Assembly (NCBI GenBank): GCA_016188075.1
Contig: JACPIO010000014.1
Span: forward strand, 1 to 60,790
Source of the DNA: Candidatus Wolfebacteria bacterium
GTDB lineage: Bacteria > Patescibacteriota > Minisyncoccia > UBA6257 > UBA9933
DNA: 60,790 nucleotides
Direction: 5' to 3'
Under the pieces are notes generated by a model, which made no database searches, was not told the DNA's origin, and worked only from the letters and a program-made list of their open reading frames with translations. This document shows, piece by piece, positions 17,165-25,068 of this stretch (position 1 is its first letter; every line of letters starts with the position of its first letter). A program made the translations under genes and the position numbers.

Positions 17165-17347
17165 AAATTTTTTGCACCTTAAAATAATTCAGCACCTTTA
17201 GCCTTTACGGGCTTCGCGGCCGCTCTCTCTTAAGTGGGCGGCTGATTTGTTTCCGGAAATTTTTCCTTTCCCGAATTTATTAACAAATTTTACGATCGTA
17301 AAAAATGTTAACAAAAGTTAGAAGACACAAATAAGCACAAATAAGAG

Positions 17348-18571
17348 TTAAATCACTTTGTCTTTAATTTCCTTTTGGATTTTTTTAAGGAGGTCGGCGA
17401 GTTTCGTTTCGCCCATTTGACCCTGGCGGTAGTGGCGAACATTTACCGAGTTATTCGCAATTTCTTTGTCGCCGACGACCAAAATATAAGGAATTTTCTG
17501 GAGTTCGGCTTCGCGGATTTTTTTGTTGATGGTTTCGTTTTCGTTATTCACTCGGGCGCGGATACCCTTTTTAATAAATTTTTTCGCAACTTGCTCGGCG
17601 TATTTGACGTGTTTATCGGTGATGCTTAAAATTTCCACCTGAACCGGAGAAAGCCAAAGCGGAAGTTTTCCTTCGGCGTGCTCGAGAAGAATGCCGATGA
17701 AGCGCTCAAAAGTTCCTAAAATCGCGCGGTGAATCATCACGGGGCGCTGTTTCAATCCTTTTTCGTCAATGTATTCGAGCTCGAAACGTTCGGGCATTTG
17801 GAAATCCAATTGAATCGTGGCAATGGTCCATTCGCGATTTTGCGAATCAGTGACATTAATATCAATTTTCGGCCCGTAGAAAGCGCCGTCTTTTTCTTTA
17901 ATTTGATATTTCATCTTCGCTTTTTTCAAAACATTTTCCAGATTTTTTTCGGCTTTTTTCCAAAGTTTGGGATCGCCCATTGCTTTGTCCGGTCGAGTAG
18001 CCAAATTAAAAGAGAGCGGCATATTAAAGTTGTCGTAAAATTCTTTGACTAATTTCAGGAGTTTTTTTATTTCGGATTCGATCTGATCGGGCCGGCAGTA
18101 AATATGAGCGTCGTCTTGGGAAAACTGCCGCACCCTTAAGAGCCCGCCCAATACTCCGGAAAGTTCGTTTCGGTGCAGGCGGTCCGTGATTTCGGAAAGC
18201 CGAATGGGCAAGTCTCTATAAGATCTAATTTTGGAAGAATAAATCAAAGTGCTTTCCGGGCAATTCATTGGTTTCAAAGCGTAAGTTTCGTTGTCCACTT
18301 CAAGAGTGAATATATTTTCTTTGAAATGCTCCCAGTGGCCGGATTTTTCAAAGAGCGTTTTTTTGACCATTACCGGAGTCGAGACTTCGGCGTAGCCCTC
18401 CTTGTCTAATTTTTCCCGCAGATATTTTTCGAGCTCCCGCCAAATAATCATTCCTTTACCGTGCCAAAAAGCCGCGCCCGGAGCGTATTCGTGGAAAGAA
18501 AAAAGGTCGAAGTCCCGGCCCAAGTCGCGGTGGTCTTTGCGGTTATTATTTTGTTCTTGCTCTTGTTCCAT
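17348..18571 (-). CDS. thrS: Threonyl-tRNA synthetase, catalytic plus anticodon-binding domains only
   Basis: Starts at the RDHRDLGRDFDLF region that opens the class II core. 407 aa; no TGS or editing domains. Confidence 0.9.
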   Translation of the reverse strand: MEQEQEQNNNRKDHRDLGRDFDLFSFHEYAPGAAFWHGKGMIIWRELEKYLREKLDKEGYAEVSTPVMVKKTLFEKSGHWEHFKENIFTLEVDNETYALKPMNCPESTLIYSSKIRSYRDLPIRLSEITDRLHRNELSGVLGGLLRVRQFSQDDAHIYCRPDQIESEIKKLLKLVKEFYDNFNMPLSFNLATRPDKAMGDPKLWKKAEKNLENVLKKAKMKYQIKEKDGAFYGPKIDINVTDSQNREWTIATIQLDFQMPERFELEYIDEKGLKQRPVMIHRAILGTFERFIGILLEHAEGKLPLWLSPVQVEILSITDKHVKYAEQVAKKFIKKGIRARVNNENETINKKIREAELQKIPYILVVGDKEIANNSVNVRHYRQGQMGETKLADLLKKIQKEIKDKVI

Positions 18572-18576
18572 GTTTT

Positions 18577-21500
18577 TTACAGCGTTATCGCCTGATCGCA
18601 GATAAATTTCGGTTCGTCGTCGCGATAGGACAACTTGCCGGCCATTAAAATCACATTATTTTCCCGCCAAACCGAGGGATTTTTGGAAAGGGTGTCGGCA
18701 AAGACGATGGCTTCCACTCTCCCGCTTGAATCTTCCACTTCGACGAAGAGCACTGGCTGGCCGGATTTGCCCACAATGCGCTTGATTTTGGAGATGATGC
18801 CGCCGATTCGAAATCCGTTTCCGTTCCCGCCGTTTCTTTTAAAAGTCGCGAGCTCTTTGATGGGTTTGGCGTTCGCGCCCTTTAATTTTTCTTGATATTC
18901 GTCAAGCGGATTGCCCGAAAGGTAAAGTCCCAAAAGCTCTTTTTCCCACGCCAGTCTTTCTTTGAATTTATCTTTGCCTCCAGCTGCCGGAGCCACAGGG
19001 CTTTTTAGGAATGACGGAACAGCGTAGCTTTGGCCGAATAAATTTCCTTGCGAGCTTTGAAGTCCGCCTCCCTTTTCCTTTTTAATAGTTTGACTGAAAC
19101 TAAGAATTTCTTCAATATGCCCCAAGAGTTGGTTGCGGTCGATTTTTAATGAATCAAAAACGCCGGCCTTGATCAAACTCTCGAGCGACTTTTTATTCAA
19201 ATCTTTGTGGTAAACGCGATTCAAGAAATCAACGAAATTGTTGAACGGGCCGCCTTTTTGCCGCTCTTCGATAATCGCGTCAACAATATTCTTGCCGACG
19301 TTTTTAATGGCTAAAAGTCCGAACCGAATTGCGTTTCCTTCCGGCACGAAATCCACAAAACTTTGATTGATGTCCGGCGGCAGAATATTTATTCCGGATC
19401 GTTTGGATTCGGAGACAAGAAAGGCGATGCGTTCGATGTCGCCGGAATCGGAATTGAGTAAACTCGTCATAAATTCAATGGGCCAGTGGGATTTAAGATA
19501 AGCGGTACGGTAGCCGATTAAAGCGTATGAGGCGGCGTGGGAGCGGTTAAACCCGTAGCGGGCGAAAGGCGGGAAAAGTTCCCAGACAGCCCTCGCGGTT
19601 TTTTCGTCAATGCCGTTCTCGCGCATTCCCTTAAGCAGTTTTTCCTTTTGGGCGTCAAGTAAAACTTTTATTTTTTTGCCAATGGCTTTGCGGAGAGTGT
19701 CGGCTTCAGCCAAGGTGTAGCCGGCCAAATCTCGGGCAATCCGCATCATCTGTTCCTGATAAACGCCGATGCCGTAAGTGTTTTTCAAGATGGGTTCCAG
19801 TTTCGGATGAATATAACTTACTTTCTCTTTTCCGAATTTGCGATTAATAAAAGAGGGAATAAGTTCCATCGGCCCGGGCCGATAAAGGGACACCATGGCG
19901 ATAATATCTTCAAGTTCGGTGGGTTTTAATTCTTTTAAATAATGACGCATCCCCGATGATTCCAACTGAAAAATTCCGGTGGTCTCCCCGGTCTGGAGAA
20001 GTTCAAAAGTTTTTTTATCATCCAACGGAAGTTTTGACATCTCTATGTTTTCTCCGGTAATGCCGTAAACCAGCCGAACCGTTTCTTCGATGATGGTTAA
20101 ATTTTTTAGTCCCAAAAGATCGATTTTTAAAAGTCCCAAATCTTCAATGGAGTGCATCTCGAATTGGGTAATGACGATATTCGGATCCTGGGGCGAGAGT
20201 TGGAGCGGAACGTAATTCACGAGAGGTTCCTTGCTCAAAACCACTCCGCAGGCGTGAACCGAAGCGTGCCGGGCCACGCCTTCAAGTTTCATCGCCGAGT
20301 CAATCAGGCGTTTGGCCTCCGGATCAGTTTCGTAAATTTGTTTTAATTCCGCGACTCGCTCCAGACACTTTACGAGCCAGCCGCTTTTCATGCCTTGAGT
20401 CGGGTTAAAGGGAATCAGCTTGGCAATTTTGTCGCAAAAGCCGTAGCTCATTCCCAAAGCCCGGCCGGCATCGCGAATCGCGGCTCGGGCCGCCATTGTT
20501 CCGAAGGTGATAATCTGCGCCACCCGCTCCTCGCCGTATTTTTGCCGGACATAAGCAAAAACTTCGTCGCGCCGAATATCGGTAAAATCAATGTCAATGT
20601 CCGGCATGGAAATCCGATCCGGATTTAAAAATCTTTCGAAGAGCAAGTCGTATTTTAAGGGATCAACATCGGTGATGCCTAAAACATAAGAAATTAAACT
20701 GCCGGCAGCCGAACCTCGACCCGGTCCAACCACGATGCCGCGTTCTTTGGCCCAGTTCACGAAATCCTGAACAATTAAAAAGTAATCGGCAAAACCGGTT
20801 TTTTCGATGACGCCGAGTTCGTAATCCAGCCGTTCTTTCACTTTTTCGTCGTGAGCCGGAAAGCGGCTCGATAATTTAGACTCCGTAATTTTTCGAAGAT
20901 AATCGGAAGCGGAAGTTTCGCCCGGCGGCAGGGGAAAATTCGGCAAAAGAGTCTGATTAAGCTTGAGGGTGACATTGCAGCGATCGGCAATTTTAATGGT
21001 GTTTTCGATGGCTTCCGGAGTTTCCTTAAAAGACTCGATCATTTTTTCTTGGGAGGTCATTGAAAAATCATCAGCGCGAAGCGTTAAGCGATCTTCTTCA
21101 CTTAGGCGATTGCCGGTCTGAATGGCGAGAAAGATATCGTGGTATTCCGCGTCTTCGGTTTTTAAATAATGAATGTCTTGGGTGGCAACGAGCGGCAGGT
21201 TGTGTTTTCGGGCGAGTTCAATCACTCCTTTCCCGGCCACGAGGGTTTCTTCGATATTCGGGTGATGCCAAACTTCCATAAAAAAATTGTCTCGTCCGAA
21301 AATTTCAAGGTATCCTTGAAGCGCTTGCTCGGCCTCCTCGTTTTTTTTGTGAAGCAAGAGCCGGGGAATTTCTCCGGAGAGACACCCGGATAAGGCGATC
21401 AGTCCTTCGTGGTACTTCTGAAGAAGTTCTTTGTCGATTCTCGGCCGATAATAAAAACCCTCGAGATGCGCTTTGGTTGTGAGTTCGATTAAATTTTTCC

Positions 21501-21786
21501 AGCCAGTTTCATTTTCGGCGAGAAGCGTCAAGTGGTAATATTTATTTTCTTTATTTTTTTCGAAGTGGCTGCCGTTTACGATATAAGCTTCGACTCCCAA
21601 AATCGGTTTGAGGTCGGCTTTCACGGCTTTTTTGTAAAATTCAACCGCGCCGTAGAGATTGCCGTGGTCGGTTAAGGCAATGGCTTTCATCCGCAATTCT
21701 TTGGCCCGGTCAATTAGATCATCGATTTTCGCCAAACCATCGAGCAGGGAGTAGTGAGAGTGAGTATGAAGATGGACGAATTTCAT
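18577..21786 (-). CDS. dnaE: DNA polymerase III alpha subunit
   Basis: PHP domain HLHTHSHYSLLDG, GPGRGSAAGS, FNRSHAASYA, C-terminal OB fold. Confidence 0.97.
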   Translation of the reverse strand: MKFVHLHTHSHYSLLDGLAKIDDLIDRAKELRMKAIALTDHGNLYGAVEFYKKAVKADLKPILGVEAYIVNGSHFEKNKENKYYHLTLLAENETGWKNLIELTTKAHLEGFYYRPRIDKELLQKYHEGLIALSGCLSGEIPRLLLHKKNEEAEQALQGYLEIFGRDNFFMEVWHHPNIEETLVAGKGVIELARKHNLPLVATQDIHYLKTEDAEYHDIFLAIQTGNRLSEEDRLTLRADDFSMTSQEKMIESFKETPEAIENTIKIADRCNVTLKLNQTLLPNFPLPPGETSASDYLRKITESKLSSRFPAHDEKVKERLDYELGVIEKTGFADYFLIVQDFVNWAKERGIVVGPGRGSAAGSLISYVLGITDVDPLKYDLLFERFLNPDRISMPDIDIDFTDIRRDEVFAYVRQKYGEERVAQIITFGTMAARAAIRDAGRALGMSYGFCDKIAKLIPFNPTQGMKSGWLVKCLERVAELKQIYETDPEAKRLIDSAMKLEGVARHASVHACGVVLSKEPLVNYVPLQLSPQDPNIVITQFEMHSIEDLGLLKIDLLGLKNLTIIEETVRLVYGITGENIEMSKLPLDDKKTFELLQTGETTGIFQLESSGMRHYLKELKPTELEDIIAMVSLYRPGPMELIPSFINRKFGKEKVSYIHPKLEPILKNTYGIGVYQEQMMRIARDLAGYTLAEADTLRKAIGKKIKVLLDAQKEKLLKGMRENGIDEKTARAVWELFPPFARYGFNRSHAASYALIGYRTAYLKSHWPIEFMTSLLNSDSGDIERIAFLVSESKRSGINILPPDINQSFVDFVPEGNAIRFGLLAIKNVGKNIVDAIIEERQKGGPFNNFVDFLNRVYHKDLNKKSLESLIKAGVFDSLKIDRNQLLGHIEEILSFSQTIKKEKGGGLQSSQGNLFGQSYAVPSFLKSPVAPAAGGKDKFKERLAWEKELLGLYLSGNPLDEYQEKLKGANAKPIKELATFKRNGGNGNGFRIGGIISKIKRIVGKSGQPVLFVEVEDSSGRVEAIVFADTLSKNPSVWRENNVILMAGKLSYRDDEPKFICDQAITL

Positions 21787-21990
21787 AAGGAGTAGTCGCG
21801 AATATACGGATTAAAAATTAATATACGAATATACAAATAATCGAATAAGCGAATCACGAGCACACGCATTATTATATATGAATAAGGGATGATTTCAAAT
21901 TGTATAATCATAAGTCCTCTTAAATGTTTAGGAGGGCGCCCCCGGAGTTTTCCACAGGAGGCATTGACAGAAAGACCCCTCGGGTTTAAA

Positions 21991-22155
21991 ATGCAAATAA
22001 TGAGTTATTTAAGAGATAATTTAATCGGCTTAATCAACTTTAATCTCGCGGCTGGCTTTGGTTCGGTCCTTATTCTTGTTGTTTTGTTCATTATCCTTGG
22101 CCTTAAGCGGCGGGGAGGTTTGGTTAAAGAAGAAATTAGAAAATATAGAAATTGA
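21991..22155 (+). CDS. Small single-TM protein (54 aa)
   Basis: MQIMSYLRDNLIGLINFNLAAGFGSVLILVVLFIILGLKRR. The track ORF is 21889..22155. TTGACA at 21964. Confidence 0.35.
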   Translation: MQIMSYLRDNLIGLINFNLAAGFGSVLILVVLFIILGLKRRGGLVKEEIRKYRN

Positions 22156-22180
22156 GAAACTAAGAAATTAAGAAAAAACC

Positions 22181-22210
22181 AAAAACCTCCCAGCCGCTGG
22201 GAGGTTTTTG
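22181..22210 (+). terminator. Rho-independent terminator AAAAACCTCCCA gccgc TGGGAGGTTTTT
   Basis: Perfect stem plus T-run. Sister copy at 23680..23708. Confidence 0.8.
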
Positions 22211-22374
22211 GTTATCGAAGATCGAAAGTTCTTTGTTCCAGCGCAGATTTCCGCGGATCGCAACGCGGATCGGCGCAGATGTAGTAGAGAACTTTTGCTC
22301 TTTGACAGTTGTTGTTTGACTGCGGTAGTTGGCGGTGAACCGGAAGGGATCCGATGGGATCCGGAGGGGGTGCC

Positions 22375-22749
22375 ATGGCAGAGTTGACCATAGCTGAGCC
22401 TAAAAAATGCGTTAATCCGGAGTATCGAGGGTTTAGCGTACGATATTACGATTCGCCGTTAGAGTGTTGTACCTGGATCATCGGGGTCAAGTATGGCCAC
22501 GAGCCGCCCCTTGGGATCGTGGTGTGTCCGGTCGGTGCTCACGTACTTGAAGATGGTTCTGGGGTTGGTCGGGTTGTCTTCGCGTGTTGCACCCTTGAAA
22601 CGCTTGCTTCGGAGGTTGCCCGGCAAACCGCGAACCTGGAGCCGGGTTTTTTCTTGCGGGAACTGGATCCACGGGATCCTTCTCGCAACCTCTGGGGTGA
22701 GATTCTTGCTCTGTACGACAGGAGGGGAGACAATGCTGTCACGGCTTGA
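22375..22749 (+). CDS. Cys-rich hypothetical protein in GC-rich island B
   Basis: GGAGGGGG lies 4 nt upstream of the ATG at 22375. About 125 aa with seven Cys in six positions (KKC, ECC, VVC, ACC). Confidence 0.45.
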   Translation: MAELTIAEPKKCVNPEYRGFSVRYYDSPLECCTWIIGVKYGHEPPLGIVVCPVGAHVLEDGSGVGRVVFACCTLETLASEVARQTANLEPGFFLRELDPRDPSRNLWGEILALYDRRGDNAVTA

Positions 22750-22942
22750 TATCGATCTGGGAGTTCTCGAGGGTACACCGGATGGAGCAATTATGCAGGA
22801 GATTGATGAGAATCTTCATCGCCTTCGTCAAGTGCGCGACACAACGACCTGTTTTATTTTGAAACAGGTTGTGAGGAGGGCAATTGTTGTATATCGAAAG
22901 CGTCGCGCATGCATCATCAAGCGGATTCTGAATCTCGAATAG
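22734..22942 (+). CDS. 69-aa hypothetical protein in island B
   Basis: AGGAGGGGAGACA precedes the ATG. The start overlaps the stop of the previous ORF by 16 nt. Confidence 0.4.
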
Positions 22943-23400
22943 AGAGGAGGTGATCGCGGGTGGTAGATGTATCTCGAGAGGAGTTCGGGCAATAGGCAGT
23001 AAGGATATTACTCGGCCCCTTGGATCCGCACAAGCATCAACCGGATCCAGGGCGTGTCAGGCGGGTGCTTGATCGTGATTCTTTGCCGACCGCTCTGGAG
23101 CAACCCGGAGTGTCGGTAACGCCCCGTTTTTCCGAGGAGCCGGTCGAGGGGCAGCAAGTCGTTGTTTCGCCCTTGCCGGCGGGAGCTCTCAAGCCGCAGT
23201 CATAAACCAAGCCGATCCTTCGGGGTCGGTCAGTGCCCGCGCGTGGGTCATCCCGAAAGCGCGGAGGATGCCGGCCAACACAAATCGCTGGCGTCCAACA
23301 AAGGGAGCCGATTCGCATCATCACAAGGAGTCGGCCCCGCATGGGGAGTGGTAGTCCAGAACATCTACCCCGGACTACCCTCCCCATCTTCACTTTTAAA
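22943..23400 (+). ncRNA. GC-rich structured 3' region of island B, ending in a long terminator hairpin
   Basis: GGATCCG..CGGATCC, CCGATCC-TTCG-GGGTCGG and CCGCGC..GCGCGG hairpins. GGGGAGtGGTAGTCC...GGACTACCcTCCCC is followed by a T-rich tail (23343-23400). Confidence 0.35.
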
Positions 23401-23425
23401 TTTTTACTAAAGTTAAGTTTACTAA

Positions 23426-23467
23426 TTACTAAAGTTATGACGACGGCCGTCGCAGAAACTTTAGTAA
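23426..23467 (+). repeat. Hairpin module TTACTAAAGTT-(n)-CGACGGCCGTCGC-(n)-AACTTTAGTAA
   Basis: Second copy at 29605..29648 with the same arms and the same GACGGCCGTC centre. Confidence 0.8.
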
Positions 23468-23512
23468 CTTAAAGGGTTGACAAAAAATTGCTTTAAACTA
23501 TTCTGAATAATA

Positions 23513-23632
23513 ATGGATCAACTCATCAATACTAAAACATTTTCCCTTAACTTTTTAACCGCTTTTGGTTTCTTTTTTGGTTTTTTCTACTTTGTTTATC
23601 CTGTAAAGGCCAGGAGGTTTATTATGAGTTAG
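23513..23632 (+). CDS. Small hydrophobic peptide (39 aa)
   Basis: TTGACA(23477)-16 nt-TATTCT promoter. MDQLINTKTFSLNFLTAFGFFFGFFYFVYPVKARRFIMS. Not in the track. Confidence 0.3.
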   Translation: MDQLINTKTFSLNFLTAFGFFFGFFYFVYPVKARRFIMS

Positions 23633-23679
23633 AATTTAGAATTTAGAAGTTAGATATTAGAAATTAAGATAACATAATC

Positions 23680-23708
23680 AAAAACCTCCTCGCCGCAGGA
23701 GGTTTTTG
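23680..23708 (+). terminator. Rho-independent terminator AAAAACCTCCT cgccgc AGGAGGTTTTT
   Basis: Stem plus T-run. Confidence 0.8.
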
Positions 23709-23850
23709 CTTTTGAGTGTTGTCGGGCTTCGAAAATTATTCGATTTATAAATTAAATAATTTTCGCAATTTGACAAGTTGTATATGGGCGATAAGGGCGG
23801 TCGGTTGTTCCATAACCGAGGACTCGAGAAGTCCTTAAGAAGGAGATAGA

Positions 23851-24057
23851 ATGTGGGTACATGTTTTTCAGAGGCCGCGACGGAACGGCACCAAAGGTGA
23901 TAACAGAGAGAGGATTGCGTCTTACGGGGAAGGGGTGACTTTGCGGATTACTTCTACTGCGACGGTCGAGGGCGGTATCACCTTGACCGAGGATTTATGG
24001 AATATAATGTTGGCGTTTGGTCAGGATGAGGTTGAACGGCGCCTCAAGGCGCCTTAA
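23851..24057 (+). CDS. 68-aa hypothetical protein in GC-rich island C
   Basis: AAGGAG lies 6 nt upstream of the ATG. TTGACA at 23771, preceded by a 12-bp inverted repeat. A strong terminator follows. Confidence 0.4.
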   Translation: MWVHVFQRPRRNGTKGDNRERIASYGEGVTLRITSTATVEGGITLTEDLWNIMLAFGQDEVERRLKAP

Positions 24058-24089
24058 CCGGCGGATGATCTGTCGGAAGAGAAAATCGC

Positions 24090-24130
24090 GGGGCAGTCTC
24101 TCTGAAAAGAGACTGCCCCTGCTCTTTTTT
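24090..24130 (+). terminator. Rho-independent terminator GGGGCAGTCTCT..AGAGACTGCCCC plus a T-run
   Basis: 12-bp perfect stem followed by TGCTCTTTTTT. Confidence 0.85.
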
Positions 24131-24133
24131 ATA

Positions 24134-24177
24134 TTTGTATATTATAAAAGATTAATCTTATATAAGGTAAACATTTT
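24134..24177 (+). promoter_or_regulatory. Copy of the AGATTAATCT palindrome module upstream of rnhB
   Basis: tttgtatattataaaAGATTAATCTtatataaggtaaacatttt; same core as 1756, 3629 and 34366. Confidence 0.45.
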
Positions 24178-24253
24178 TTGGGAAAGGCGTTTGGCCTCTT
24201 TGAAAGAGCTTCAGCCTTTGAAAGACTTTCAGCCGCGGTGTATTATCTTGTAG

Positions 24254-24934
24254 ATGGTAAGGGATAAAAAGTTTATTATCGGCATTGATGAAGTGGGGAG
24301 GGGGGCTTTGGCCGGAACAGTAACCGTGGCGGCTGTTGCGTTGCCGAGGAATTTTCAATTTCCAATTCTTAATTTTCAATTAAATTCTAAATATAAAATT
24401 TCAAAATTAAAATTACGAGATTCAAAAAGATTGACTCCAAAACGCCGGGAAGTTTGGTTTCGATACGTTAATCAACAAACAACGGCAAATAACAAACGAC
24501 AGCGAATTTTTTATGCCGTAGCTTCGGTGACGCCGAAAGTTATTGATAAAATTAATATTTCAAATGCCGCTGATTTAGCCGCCACGAGAGCTTTAGAGAA
24601 ACTAATTACCAATTACCAATTACCAATTACTAAAACGAAGGTTTTTCTCGACGGCGGACTCTACATTAAAGAATTAAGAATAAAGAATAAAGAATTAAGA
24701 ATTAAAGGTAAGACTATTATAAAAGGTGATGAGAAAATTCCGGCGATTGCGTTGGCTTCGATTATGGCCAAAGTCACCCGCGACCGATATATGAAAAAAT
24801 TCCATAGAAAATACCCGGAATACGATTTTATAAACAATGTCGGTTATGGGACTAAGAAGCATATCAAAGCTGTAAGGAAATATGGTTTGTCGTTAATTCA
24901 TCGTCGAAGTTTCAAAATAAATAAAAATAATTGA
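24254..24934 (+). CDS. rnhB: Ribonuclease HII (with low-complexity insertions)
   Basis: IIGIDEVGRGALAGTVTVAAV, DSKRLT, ASIMAKVTRD. Confidence 0.9.
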   Translation: MVRDKKFIIGIDEVGRGALAGTVTVAAVALPRNFQFPILNFQLNSKYKISKLKLRDSKRLTPKRREVWFRYVNQQTTANNKRQRIFYAVASVTPKVIDKINISNAADLAATRALEKLITNYQLPITKTKVFLDGGLYIKELRIKNKELRIKGKTIIKGDEKIPAIALASIMAKVTRDRYMKKFHRKYPEYDFINNVGYGTKKHIKAVRKYGLSLIHRRSFKINKNN

Positions 24935-24991
24935 CTTTTCCCTTCATTTTCTCTATCCTTACTCATAAAGGTAATCCTTCGGCAAGCTCAG

Positions 24992-25068
24992 GATGCTGAA
25001 TTTTTTCCGCCTGAGGCGGATCTGCCCATGGCAGACAGCTACTCGCGTTGCTCGCAGGAAAAATTCGC
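24992..25068 (+). repeat. About 78-nt multi-hairpin element, copy 1 (5' leader of rpmF)
   Basis: Reverse complement of 29485..29562 with 2 mismatches. GAATTTTTT/AAAAAATTC closing stem around the CCGCC-tga-GGCGG and TCTGCC-cat-GGCAGA hairpins. Confidence 0.85.

Larger units (their letters stand above)
16385..17175. ncRNA. GC-rich about 0.8-kb island A: unassigned structured RNA and/or mini-ORF cassette
   Basis: Sharp GC rise between miaA and thrS. All six frames are open with R/P/G-rich pseudo-proteins. Many stable hairpins (e.g. GGAGTCGGAttCCGACTCC). Hairpin+T7 at the left end on the minus strand; stem plus ACCAAAATTTTTT at the right end on the plus strand. Confidence 0.4.

Noticed and set aside
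24355-24715. Tandem word repeats (here and at 14947, 23630 and 31296) as a CRISPR array.
   Set aside because: The units are 6-12 nt and degenerate, with no 25-40-nt unique spacers between constant repeats. Many lie inside ORFs. There are no cas genes.
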